Source of the DNA: Chthoniobacteraceae bacterium
GTDB lineage: Bacteria; Verrucomicrobiota; Verrucomicrobiia; Chthoniobacterales; Chthoniobacteraceae
Direction of reading: 5' to 3'
DNA length: 38,282 nucleotides
Assembly (NCBI GenBank): GCA_044370935.1
Contig: JBILUQ010000001.1
Coordinates: forward strand, 1-38,282
In this document: piece by piece, positions 28,364 through 37,347 of the stretch
Layout: each line of letters starts with the position of its first letter
How positions within the stretch are numbered: the first letter of the stretch is position 1
Notes under the pieces: generated by a model
Told to the model about the DNA's origin: nothing
Databases searched by the model: none
The model's input: only the letters and a program-made list of their open reading frames with translations
Program-made: the position numbers and the translations under genes

Positions 28364-28630
28364 TTTCTCGCACTGATGGCGCACCCGCAGCTGCGCTCAC
28401 TTGTCGCCAAATCAGATGGATCGCAACGCTTTAGACGTTTAGCGAATACGCCACATGGTGTATGCGATCTGCGTGCACGCACGCCGGGGCTGCGCGGTCC
28501 CGGGGATTCTCGAAGGAGCGAGGCCTTGCGAGCGCCCTGGAAAACCTTTTGCGCCTCTCTTTTTTGTGATTCATCCGGGACGAACCCGCTGGAATTCCAT
28601 AGTCCGTCAATCCATCTTCACACTACCCGC

Positions 28631-30028
28631 TCAGTACGCGGTTTCCGGCGGATGAAACACGACCTTCACCGTCCGAATGATCAGGCCCAAATCCATTCCA
28701 AGCGACCAGGACTCCACGTATTTTAGATCCCAGAAAACTCGACGCCGCAGATCTTCCTCGCATGACACCTCGCCCCTGCACCCGTTCACCTGGGCAAGAC
28801 CGGTGATGCCTGGCTTCACGAAACTCCGATAATGGTAGCGCTGTTCGCCGAGTGCAAACTTGTGGTTATGCTCTATCAAATGAGGCCGTGGCCCGACCAC
28901 GCTCATGTGTCCGAGCAGCACATTGATAAACTGTGGCAGCTCATCGATGCTGTGTTTGCGCATCCATCTTCCAAAGGGAAACACGCGCGCATCACCGCGG
29001 GTGGCCTGCACCGAGGCCGCTACATTGCCGCAGTGCATTGTTCGGAATTTCCAGATCGAAAACGGCGTGTTTTGAATTCCGTGCCGGGTCTGCCTGTAAA
29101 ACACCGGGCCGGGCGACTGGATTCTTTGGATCACCCAAACAACGCACGCGAGTGGCAGCACCCCGAAGAGCAGTGCTGCGCTTGAAACCAATGCGTCCAC
29201 GCACCTTTTTGCGAGCCGGTTAAACGGGCTTTGCAAGGGCTCATTTAGAAGAGCGCCGAAGCGCCAACGATCGGCTGCTTCCCAGTGCAGTCCATCGTCC
29301 AATCCGTCATCCAATCCGTCGTGGATGTCCTGCGCAAAAAACAGACGCACCCCGTGCCTTTCGCAAGTCCGCACGATCTCCCCGACCGCGGAGGCGCCCG
29401 CCATCGACGTTGACACGACCACTTGGTGTACATCGCCCACTTTCAAAATTGCCTCCAACTGATCCAGACTGCCCTTGAACGGAACGCTTGCCTGCGTGTT
29501 ACCGGAATCATTTTGGCCGATCCAGCCCACAGGATGGATACCCAAAAGATTCTGCGCGCCCAGCACCGGCGCAAGACGATTGACCGCCGCTTGCGTACCC
29601 ACCAAAAGGGCTCGGTGACGGTGCGGCCCATCAAAACAGAGACGCTGGAGAATGGCAGGCCCCATCCGGTGGGACAACCACAGCGCAGCGCACACCACGC
29701 ACCAGATCGCGCCCCCATGCCACAGTGCCGACGACAACCGCCCGTCGAGCACCCATTGGGCCGCCGCCAGCAACGCGGGCATCGCCGAGCGCGCGGCGGC
29801 AGCGGTCCAAGAGCTTGCCCCGTTTCCAACGCGGGAGACGCCTCGCCAGACCGCATCCAACGCAATGCCCACCACCCAAGGAAACGCGAGGGATCCAAGC
29901 CCCAGCATGCCTCGGTCCATCATCAACGTCTCGGCGTGTTCCCGCAGCATCCAAAGCACCCAGAGAACCAGCACCATCTGCGCCGCTGCAAGCAGCACCA
30001 CCATGCCTCTAACACGATAAGCCAACAT
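28631..30028 (-). CDS. polyprenyl glycosylphosphotransferase (WcaJ/WbaP-like initiating sugar transferase)
   Basis: The C-terminal bacterial sugar-transferase domain carries PVFYRQTRHG, FSIWKFRTM, DELPQFINVLLGHMSVVGPRP and KPGITGLAQV. The N-terminus has multiple TM helices. The start is ATG 30028 or GTG 30055. Confidence 0.85.
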   Translation of the reverse strand: MLAYRVRGMVVLLAAAQMVLVLWVLWMLREHAETLMMDRGMLGLGSLAFPWVVGIALDAVWRGVSRVGNGASSWTAAAARSAMPALLAAAQWVLDGRLSSALWHGGAIWCVVCAALWLSHRMGPAILQRLCFDGPHRHRALLVGTQAAVNRLAPVLGAQNLLGIHPVGWIGQNDSGNTQASVPFKGSLDQLEAILKVGDVHQVVVSTSMAGASAVGEIVRTCERHGVRLFFAQDIHDGLDDGLDDGLHWEAADRWRFGALLNEPLQSPFNRLAKRCVDALVSSAALLFGVLPLACVVWVIQRIQSPGPVFYRQTRHGIQNTPFSIWKFRTMHCGNVAASVQATRGDARVFPFGRWMRKHSIDELPQFINVLLGHMSVVGPRPHLIEHNHKFALGEQRYHYRSFVKPGITGLAQVNGCRGEVSCEEDLRRRVFWDLKYVESWSLGMDLGLIIRTVKVVFHPPETAY

Positions 30029-30297
30029 ACGCGCTCCCTTCCCTCTGGGCCGCACCCACCAATCGCCTCAATTAGAGAAACGCCGCCCCAACCCTGAATC
30101 GGCTCCCAACCCGCTTCGAGATGGAGAGCAGCGTCTTGTAACCACAATCAAATCGACGCTTACCGAAACCACAGGGAACTACACGCAATACCACGCCCTC
30201 CCTCCGCGTCCTCTCCCCGTGAGGACGAACATTTTTGACATCACATCACATATTTAAGACTGAACACGCTCACAGCCTGGGGCGGTACAGGCACCTT

Positions 30298-30348
30298 TCC
30301 CTCACACCCTCACACCCTCACACCCTCACACCCTCACACCCTCACGCC
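30298..30348 (-). repeat. octanucleotide tandem repeat, (GGTGTGAG)x5 plus one variant on the - strand; matches a (G3N5)n G-quadruplex motif
   Basis: On the + strand I read ctcacacc x5 then ctcacgcc. On the - strand this gives six GGG tracts separated by TGTGA. The variant copy contains the TGA stop (30344..30342) of the upstream glycosyltransferase gene. Confidence 0.9.
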
Positions 30349-31040
30349 TCGTTCAGCACGCCGCGCCATTCTTCCGCGTAAGGAATGTCACCGTATCCGT
30401 CCATCTCAGGGGTGCCCCGTGTGAAATGAACCGCCTTCGGATTCATCGACGAATCCGAGTGGCCCTCCAGCCAATTCCACTCCGCAGGAAGACCGCCGAT
30501 GAGGGAATCCTCAAGCCATTCAAACGCGTGCAGATTCCGCCCGGGACGCGTGTTGATCCAGCCCGCCAGCTGCGCATGAGCCGGATGTCCGCAATTCCAG
30601 AGCACCAAACTTGACCAGTTTTTACGCCGGTAATTCAGCTGCAACTGTCCGTCCATCTTTATTCCCTCCGGCGGCGCGTATTCATGCTGCACCACCTGCA
30701 CCGCATACCGCGGATCCGCCAGCGCAATCAGTTCGCGAATATCCGCACGCCACAAAAAATCGCAGTCGCAAAAAACTGCCCATGGCGATGTGCTCAAGGT
30801 GGGCGTTAAAAACCGGGTGATTGCAAATTCCGTCGACATCGGGGCGTCTGAGATCACGTCCCAGAGACGCCCCTCACGGCGTTCATGCCGCCGGGTGTAA
30901 AGGCCCAGACCGCGTAAATGAGCCTCGAGGATGGGAGCGATTTTCGGCGGTTCCGCACAATATTTTCGAATCGACCTTGCGCAAACCTCGTAAGCGGCGC
31001 TTTCGCGAGAATCAAAACCGATAAAAACTTCAAATTTCAT
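30342..31040 (-). CDS. putative GT-A-fold glycosyltransferase (DxD-type)
   Basis: From ATG 31040 it begins MKFEVFIGFDSRE.... A CDCDF (DxD-like) motif is followed by ADIRELIAL, resembling GT8-like enzymes. Its position inside a glycosyltransferase cluster supports the call. Confidence 0.45.
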   Translation of the reverse strand: MKFEVFIGFDSRESAAYEVCARSIRKYCAEPPKIAPILEAHLRGLGLYTRRHERREGRLWDVISDAPMSTEFAITRFLTPTLSTSPWAVFCDCDFLWRADIRELIALADPRYAVQVVQHEYAPPEGIKMDGQLQLNYRRKNWSSLVLWNCGHPAHAQLAGWINTRPGRNLHAFEWLEDSLIGGLPAEWNWLEGHSDSSMNPKAVHFTRGTPEMDGYGDIPYAEEWRGVLNEA

Positions 31041-31084
31041 AACGCAAACACGAACGATTTTCTCACGGTTATTTGGCTCAGGAC

Positions 31085-31852
31085 TCAATCCAGCTGGATC
31101 ACTTTGAGCAGCGCCACAGCCTCCTTCAAAACCTGCGCCACCGAAATTTTATCCATTGCTTGCTCGCAGTGCCGGCAACGACTTTGTCGCCCGCATGGAG
31201 CTCCGCCTGGATAAAAGTTCACCTGATGGTCATACCCAGTCTGAGCAGGTGAAATATAGCCCCCAAAAATCACAACTGATGCCGTGCCGAATGCAGCGGC
31301 AGCGTGATGCAATCCCCCCTCAGGCAGGATGGCCAGCCGCGCAAGGGAGATAACCGCGCAGGCCTGGCGAAAGCTTTTGGTTTTGATCAACTCAGCGCCC
31401 GGCAGAGCAGGCCTGTGACGCGAGGCGAACTGCGAAATGAGATAACCGCGGGACGCAAGTTCACTGGAAAGCTGGCACCAACGCGCCCAGCCCCAATCCT
31501 TGTTCGGACTCGCCTCGGGCTTGATCGACGGCTCCAGCAAAATGCGGTTTGCGTGGCGCTCTCCAAATTTGCGCTCTTCCTCCGTGAGATGGATTTCCCC
31601 CAGCGGACAAATCCACTCGCGCCAAACCCATCCGTGCCGGTTCCTACCGGCAATATACGCGCGCTCCCCCGGACCGTTGACCAGCGTCTGCACCCTGCCC
31701 CCGTAATCCGCGGGGGCAAAGCGCGGGTTGTGATCCCAAATCGAACTCCAACGCGGACGACCACGTCGATCCAGCACACGTACAGGAAGCGGATTTCGCC
31801 TCTGCAAACGCCGGACCAGACCCGTGACCATGATTTCATCACCCCAGCCCAT
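31085..31852 (-). CDS. glycosyltransferase family 9 (heptosyltransferase-like)
   Basis: GWGDEIMVTG sits at the N-terminus. The C-terminal ILPEGGLHHAAAAFGTASVVIFGG resembles the GT9 motif (D(S/T)GxxHLAAALGxPxVxLFG). Confidence 0.6.
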   Translation of the reverse strand: MGWGDEIMVTGLVRRLQRRNPLPVRVLDRRGRPRWSSIWDHNPRFAPADYGGRVQTLVNGPGERAYIAGRNRHGWVWREWICPLGEIHLTEEERKFGERHANRILLEPSIKPEASPNKDWGWARWCQLSSELASRGYLISQFASRHRPALPGAELIKTKSFRQACAVISLARLAILPEGGLHHAAAAFGTASVVIFGGYISPAQTGYDHQVNFYPGGAPCGRQSRCRHCEQAMDKISVAQVLKEAVALLKVIQLD

Positions 31853-31855
31853 AAA

Positions 31856-32824
31856 TTACACGGCCGCCTGTAGTGCCCTCCATGCAACGCCTTTTCGAAA
31901 CTCGTCCAAACTCCATTGCTGACCGGCTAACGCAGCGGCCCATCGAGCGCGGCCCTCTGGATACACGGGGAATTCGATCCGCGAGAAATCCGAAAGCCCC
32001 ATCCTGGAAGCAGCACATTCTCCAGCAACAAACACCGGCACCCCGGCGAGGATGGCCTCGTTTGCAGCCGCACTCGACCAAGTCACGAGCGCCCAGCAAT
32101 CCACCAGCGACTCCCGCAGCGTTTTCGCAAGCGCCATCTTGTTGCTTCTCCAGCCCCGCAACACAATCGGCCGGTCTGTGTGCATCCGAATCTCGGCAAG
32201 CGCATTCTCCCACCAACCTGACCCTTTGCCCGCCACTACGCTCATGTATGTATTGGATTGAACCACCACCAAAATATGGCGGCCCGTTCTTTTCCACGGT
32301 TGGATCTCAAGCCCCAACCGCGCAAACCGCCGCCAATCGGGGCGCTCCAAACCTGTTGCCTGCACCCCACAACGAACAGCGCGAAATAAACGACCCCGCA
32401 CCGTGTCAAAATACGCATTGTCGAGATAGTACCAGTCACGGTTTTCCCGCCGGGCCTGATGCCACAAGTGGCGAGTTGGCTCCGTGACTCCGAAAAAACA
32501 GGCGGCTCCAGGTCGCAACCTTTGAGGTGGCGGCTGGCAGACACCCTGCCCGCCCGCCCCGTGCACGAACGCCTCGCAAACCACCCGCGCCTTCGCCTTC
32601 CCCTTGGCCGCATACCCAAGAATCCGATTCGTCAATCGGCCGATTGAGCTAGTGTCGAAATTGTCGAAATTGTCGAAATTGTCGCAATGCTCGCGACGGT
32701 CGTGATCCTCCCAAAGCTGCCTCCGATCCACCAACGTCGCATCGTAACCTCCGCAATCCGGAGGCTGCTCCAGTGAATTGAACGCCCCCGTCGCAGTCAC
32801 ATCGCTATCCTCGAACGGATTCAT
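31856..32824 (-). CDS. hypothetical protein, possibly a GT-B-like glycosyltransferase or capsule-biosynthesis protein
   Basis: 322 aa, ATG start, only 3 nt from the downstream GT9 gene. The C-terminal ALVTWSSAAANEAILAGVPVF resembles a nucleotide-sugar-binding GT-B segment. The protein contains a DNFDNFDNFD repeat. Confidence 0.35.
   Translation of the reverse strand: MNPFEDSDVTATGAFNSLEQPPDCGGYDATLVDRRQLWEDHDRREHCDNFDNFDNFDTSSIGRLTNRILGYAAKGKAKARVVCEAFVHGAGGQGVCQPPPQRLRPGAACFFGVTEPTRHLWHQARRENRDWYYLDNAYFDTVRGRLFRAVRCGVQATGLERPDWRRFARLGLEIQPWKRTGRHILVVVQSNTYMSVVAGKGSGWWENALAEIRMHTDRPIVLRGWRSNKMALAKTLRESLVDCWALVTWSSAAANEAILAGVPVFVAGECAASRMGLSDFSRIEFPVYPEGRARWAAALAGQQWSLDEFRKGVAWRALQAAV
32653..32688. 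repeat. in-frame 9-nt tandem repeat (tgtcgaaat x3 plus tgtcgcaat)
   Basis: Read directly. On the - strand it encodes the (DNF)n segment of the 31856-32824 protein. Confidence 0.9.
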
Positions 32825-33329
32825 CAGTGAAATGCATTTTCCCTAAACGAATGCGGACGGCCACTCCGCTCCAGACCAGCGATCCGGCTAGCAGCGGAAG
32901 AATCAGTGGGAACAAGCACTGCGCACGCACATTCAGATTTTACCAGAGCGAAGCTGATTTTCATTTGGATGGCTGATGCCGGAAACCCGTTGTTTCAGAA
33001 CTTTTCAATTTTTTATCTAAAAACGTGTTATGGCAAGTCCAGACCATATTTCCAGGCTCGTTTTGATTGAAATCCAGACTTCTCACTCACGACATCCCGC
33101 TCAAGATCGTGCGGAAGAATCGCCTGATACTGTTGACTTTCGGCCCCCTTTTAAAACACCTCTCACTCTCGCCCCGTTGTTTGTCGTTTCATGGCACGAA
33201 TTAACCTAACATTTACATTGCGAAGCTAGGTTCATTATGGCGAAGCGTGAGATCAAATCACTCAACGGACTCGTGTTCATTGAATCCAATCCCACAGATC
33301 GGTGTAAGCAAAGACACGGATGGATTCCC

Positions 33330-34145
33330 ATGAAAAGTATTATCAGCCCTCTCCTAATTGCCATCACGCTGCTTGCGGATAAGTCCGAATGTTTAGAGGC
33401 AACCAGAGATCGACAGCAAATTGAATGGACTATCGAAGGCGAACGCCGAACAGCGGTGATCAAACCGGCTGAAAACACTGGTGTCGCCCCCGCACCTGTG
33501 GTTTTCGGCTGGCACGGACATGGCGGAACCTCTGCGGGATGCGAACGCTGGGGTCTGGAGACAATGTGGCCCGAGGCCATTTTCGTCTATGCTCAAGGGC
33601 TTCCAACTCCGGGAAGGCTGACGGATCCGGAGGGCAAAAAAAGCGGATGGCAGTTTCAAGCAGGGGCCATGAGGGATAGGGATCTCAAGCTTTTCGACAC
33701 GATTCTTGCCGATCTGCGCGGAAAATTTTCGATCGATGAAACACGCATCTACAGCACTGGCCACTCCAACGGCGGCGGCATGACTTATTTAGTCGCAGAA
33801 CAACGTCCCGGAGTGTTTGCTGCGATCGCACCCTGCGCCAGCGCAAAGCTGCGCCGTGGCGCCTCGGGAAATCCAATCCCCGTGCTTCACATCCTTGGCG
33901 AGAATGACCCTCTTGTAAAACCCGAGTGGCAATGGTCCACGATCGAAGCGCTCAAACAAATCAACCGATGCACCAGCGATCCGGTTTCATGGGGCAGCGC
34001 TGGAGTTTTGTCAGCGTTGATCTACCAATCCAGCAACGGCTCTCCAATGGTGGTGGCAACACACCGCGGCGGACATGAGTATCCAAAAGGCGCGGCTGAA
34101 TTAATCGTGCGTTTTTTCAAAGAGCATGCATTGCACAAAAAATAG
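33330..34145 (+). CDS. secreted esterase, PHB-depolymerase (LpqC-like) family alpha/beta hydrolase
   Basis: ATG 33330 gives the signal peptide MKSIISPLLIAITLLA. VVFGWHGHGG and the nucleophile elbow GHSNGGGM are typical of the esterase/PHB depolymerase family. Confidence 0.7.
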   Translation: MKSIISPLLIAITLLADKSECLEATRDRQQIEWTIEGERRTAVIKPAENTGVAPAPVVFGWHGHGGTSAGCERWGLETMWPEAIFVYAQGLPTPGRLTDPEGKKSGWQFQAGAMRDRDLKLFDTILADLRGKFSIDETRIYSTGHSNGGGMTYLVAEQRPGVFAAIAPCASAKLRRGASGNPIPVLHILGENDPLVKPEWQWSTIEALKQINRCTSDPVSWGSAGVLSALIYQSSNGSPMVVATHRGGHEYPKGAAELIVRFFKEHALHKK

Positions 34146-34374
34146 TCCGAAAGCTTTGATGGATTTGTTTGAGGGATTCAATTCAGCTGCAGCTCCTGAA
34201 CCAGTCTGCTTGTGCGACAGGTCTTGCTTCATCGAAGCAGCGTTCACAAAAAGCAGCCCTCACGACCTGGCTTGACTGCGCTGGACTCGGGTAAATGCCC
34301 GGATTGATCCGGTTATCAGCCTGCCTGCAAGCTGGTGAGATTTACCCCCTTAGGAGGCTTGAAAACCGCTGCAA

Positions 34375-37347
34375 ATGCGCCAACCTCGACAGCTGCCCCC
34401 CATGCGCCCCCCCGCCCGCCTCAGCCTAATGCTGGTTTCGTTCGTCGTCACGGTCCATGCGCAGACCGTGACGCAAGTGAACTTCTCCCGTGAGATCCTG
34501 CCGATTCTCTCGAGCAACTGTTTCCACTGCCACGGCCCGGACGCCGCAAAGCGCAAAGCGGAACTCCGACTGGACACACCGGAAGGTCTGCGCGGCGCGG
34601 GACGCAGCGGTGCGAGAGCCGTCGTGCCGGGCAAAAGTGCCGACAGTGAGCTCATCCTGCGCATCACTTCGCCGCATGCAGACGAGGCCATGCCACCCCC
34701 GGAGGCCCGCCAAAAGCTTAAGCCCGCCCAAATCGAACTGCTGCGCCGCTGGGTTGATCAGGGCGCACCTTGGGATCGGCACTGGTCGCTCGCTGCAGTT
34801 CGCAGACCGGAGGTCCCGAATGTAAGGGATGCCGAGTCGCATCCGATTGACTGCTTCATCCGGACTCGGCTCGAACATGAGGGCCTTCAGCCTTCCAAAG
34901 AGGCTGACCGGCGTACGTTGCTGCGACGTCTCAGCCTTGATCTTCTCGGGCTGCCGCCAGACCCGGCAATGCTACAGGCTTTCGAGCAGGATCGCCGGCC
35001 TGACGCCTACGAGCGGTTGGTGGATACACTGCTCGCTTCCCAGCATTTTGGTGAACGCTGGGGCCGCCACTGGCTTGATCTGGCCCGATACGCCGATAGC
35101 GCCGGATACCTCAACGATACTCTGCGGCCTTACGCGTATCTATACCGCGACTGGGTAATCGACTCCGTCAACCGCGACCAACCCTTCGACCAATTCACTA
35201 TCGAGCAACTGGCCGGCGACCTCCTGCCGCAAGCCACGCTGGAGCAAAAGATCGCGACCGGCTTTCACCGAAACTCGCTCAAAAACGACGAGGCCGGCGC
35301 GGACTTGGAACTAGACCGCACAAAGGCGGCAGTTGATCGAACCGCCACCACAGGCGCCGTCTGGCTCGGGCTCACGATAGGCTGCGCCGAGTGCCACACT
35401 CATAAGTATGATCCGATCTCGCACCGCGAGTTTTATCAGCTCTACGCCTTCTTCAACAGCACCGCCGAGCGCGAAGTCCATGCGCCTCGACCCGACGAAC
35501 TGGCAGCGTATGAGCGAAAGCTGGAAGCGTGGGAGCAGGAGCGCAGCCGTCTTGAGGATCCACTTGCCGCCTACATCGCCACCCTTGCCGAAACCCGCCT
35601 GCCCGCGTGGGAGGCAGGTCTGAGCTTGCCTGCCGAGCGCTGGAACGTTTTGCGCCCGGATCAGATCACCACCATCACCGAGGACGAAGAACGCTCCGCA
35701 CAGCCCTCCGAGGACCTGTCTTTCAGCACGGGGGTCAGGGATCCGCTCCGCACTCGTTATTTGATTAAGACGCCAGTGAACCTCAGGGGCGTGACCGGCT
35801 TGCGCCTCGAAACCCTCGCTGAACTCGGCGAAAAAGCCGGCCGCAGTCGGGGAGGCGACTTTTCCTTGGGTGAATTTTCCGCCTCGCTCAGGACGGCGGA
35901 CGGCCAGCAGCGGAAGCTTGAGCTCGCAACCGCCAGAGCGGATTTCGAATCGAAGTCCGGTCCGGCATCCCACGCGCTTGATGGCGACAACACCACGGGC
36001 TGGAGCGTTTCCGGCCAGACCGACCAGTCTCACGTGATCGTCTTCGAGTTCCGCACACCGGAGGACTTCCCCGAGGGCTCCACGCTGTTTATCGAACTCG
36101 AGCACCGCCTCGTCGGCGTGCTCTCGCGCTTCCGCCTCGCTGCCACCTCGGGAAAAACGCCGCTTACCCCCAGCCCGCTTCCAGATCCGCTGTTGGCAAT
36201 CCTCGATCAACCGCCCGCTTCGCGCACGACAACGCAGAAAATGGCGCTTGCCCGCCACATGGCGAGGTTCGCTGATCCGGGCGGCCAGTCTCTCTTCGCA
36301 GCACTTGCGGCGCATCACGGCAAGAAACCAGAGCACCCGAAGACCGCTGCGCCCATTCTGGTCAACCACGAGCGGCAGACACGGGTCCACACGCGTGGTG
36401 ATTACCAGCAGCCCGGCGAAGAAGTCAGCGCCGGGACACCCTCTGTGCTCCACCCGCTGCACTCCCGCGGCGCCCGGGCCGACCGACTCGACCTCGCGCG
36501 CTGGCTTGTCGATCCCGCCAACCCGCTAACACCCCGCGTCACGGTCAACCACGTCTGGAAGCATCTCTTCGGCCGCGGTCTCGTGGCGACGGTGGACAAC
36601 TTTGGCGCCCTTGGTGAGCCGCCTTCGCATCCCGAATTGCTGGACTTCCTCGCAACAGAGTTTCTGCGCTTGGGTTGGAGCAGAAAGCAGCTGATCCGTT
36701 TCATTGTCACATCCGCCACATACCGCCAAGCCTCGGATGGACGTGAAGATCTGCTGGAGCGCGATCCACTCAACATTCTCCTCGCGCGCCAGGGCAGGCA
36801 CCGCCTTGAGGCCGAGACTGTCCGCGACGTCTTTCTTGCAAGCAGCGGCTTGCTCAACATGCGCATCGGCGGACCCAGCATTTATCCGCCTCTGCCCGCA
36901 TTCGTGATGGCCTTTGGTCGCAACCGATCCTGGCCGGAGACCACCGGACCGGAACGTTACCGGCGCGGTATGTACATTCATTTGCGACGCAATGTGCCCT
37001 ATCCGATGCTGACCACCTTTGACGCGTCCGATGCGAGCGTCGCCTGCCTCCAGCGCGAACGTTCCAACTCGCCGCTCCAGGCTCTCACTCTCCTGAATGA
37101 TCCGGTATTCTTTGAGTGCAGTGAAAAGCTTGCGGAACGACTGAGCTCCGTTCCCGGGGACCTCGATGCAAGACTGCGGCACGGCTTTGAACTCTGCCTG
37201 GGCCGCCTGCCCCAGCCAGCGGAGCTGCACTCAATGCGCTCACACCATGACGACCAACTACGATTGGCCGGCGGCGATTCCCGCCGTGCGATGGTCGCCG
37301 CCGCACGACTGATCCTTAACCTTGACGAATTTATCACCCGCGAATGA
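34375..37347 (+). CDS. PSCyt1 / DUF1549 / DUF1553 (PSD1) domain protein, secreted
   Basis: 990 aa with a signal peptide. CFHCH lies at nt 34519-34533 (Planctomycete cytochrome-c domain). A DUF1549-like region reads RRLSLDLLGLPP...HFGERWGRHWLDLARYADS. A second CxxCH, CAECHTHKYDP, lies at 35383-35397. A discoidin-like segment (ALDGDNTTGWS) and a DUF1553-like C-terminus (RRGMYIHLRR...FD) complete it. An alternative start is ATG 34402. Confidence 0.85.
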   Translation: MRQPRQLPPMRPPARLSLMLVSFVVTVHAQTVTQVNFSREILPILSSNCFHCHGPDAAKRKAELRLDTPEGLRGAGRSGARAVVPGKSADSELILRITSPHADEAMPPPEARQKLKPAQIELLRRWVDQGAPWDRHWSLAAVRRPEVPNVRDAESHPIDCFIRTRLEHEGLQPSKEADRRTLLRRLSLDLLGLPPDPAMLQAFEQDRRPDAYERLVDTLLASQHFGERWGRHWLDLARYADSAGYLNDTLRPYAYLYRDWVIDSVNRDQPFDQFTIEQLAGDLLPQATLEQKIATGFHRNSLKNDEAGADLELDRTKAAVDRTATTGAVWLGLTIGCAECHTHKYDPISHREFYQLYAFFNSTAEREVHAPRPDELAAYERKLEAWEQERSRLEDPLAAYIATLAETRLPAWEAGLSLPAERWNVLRPDQITTITEDEERSAQPSEDLSFSTGVRDPLRTRYLIKTPVNLRGVTGLRLETLAELGEKAGRSRGGDFSLGEFSASLRTADGQQRKLELATARADFESKSGPASHALDGDNTTGWSVSGQTDQSHVIVFEFRTPEDFPEGSTLFIELEHRLVGVLSRFRLAATSGKTPLTPSPLPDPLLAILDQPPASRTTTQKMALARHMARFADPGGQSLFAALAAHHGKKPEHPKTAAPILVNHERQTRVHTRGDYQQPGEEVSAGTPSVLHPLHSRGARADRLDLARWLVDPANPLTPRVTVNHVWKHLFGRGLVATVDNFGALGEPPSHPELLDFLATEFLRLGWSRKQLIRFIVTSATYRQASDGREDLLERDPLNILLARQGRHRLEAETVRDVFLASSGLLNMRIGGPSIYPPLPAFVMAFGRNRSWPETTGPERYRRGMYIHLRRNVPYPMLTTFDASDASVACLQRERSNSPLQALTLLNDPVFFECSEKLAERLSSVPGDLDARLRHGFELCLGRLPQPAELHSMRSHHDDQLRLAGGDSRRAMVAAARLILNLDEFITRE

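Noticed and set aside
29423-30097. 224-aa + strand ORF, plus several other ORFs at 29443-30147
   Set aside because: They are antisense or out of frame relative to the sugar-transferase gene. The translations are Arg/Pro/His-rich low complexity.
30194-30238. Hairpin GTCCTC-n7-GAGGAC followed by gaacattttt on the + strand (terminator-like)
   Set aside because: No + strand gene ends nearby. On the - strand, the sense strand here, it is not followed by a U-run. The evidence is insufficient to call a terminator.
30301-30348. Possible CRISPR array (regularly repeated short units)
   Set aside because: The units are contiguous 8-mers with no spacers, far shorter than CRISPR repeats, and no cas genes are present. 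It is a simple-sequence repeat.
35311-36462. 383-aa ORF on the - strand
   Set aside because: It lies entirely antisense to the well-supported PSCyt/DUF1549/DUF1553 gene. Its Arg/Ala/Gly-rich low-complexity translation is typical of shadow ORFs in GC-rich DNA. The same applies to 36526-37230 and 36402-36881.
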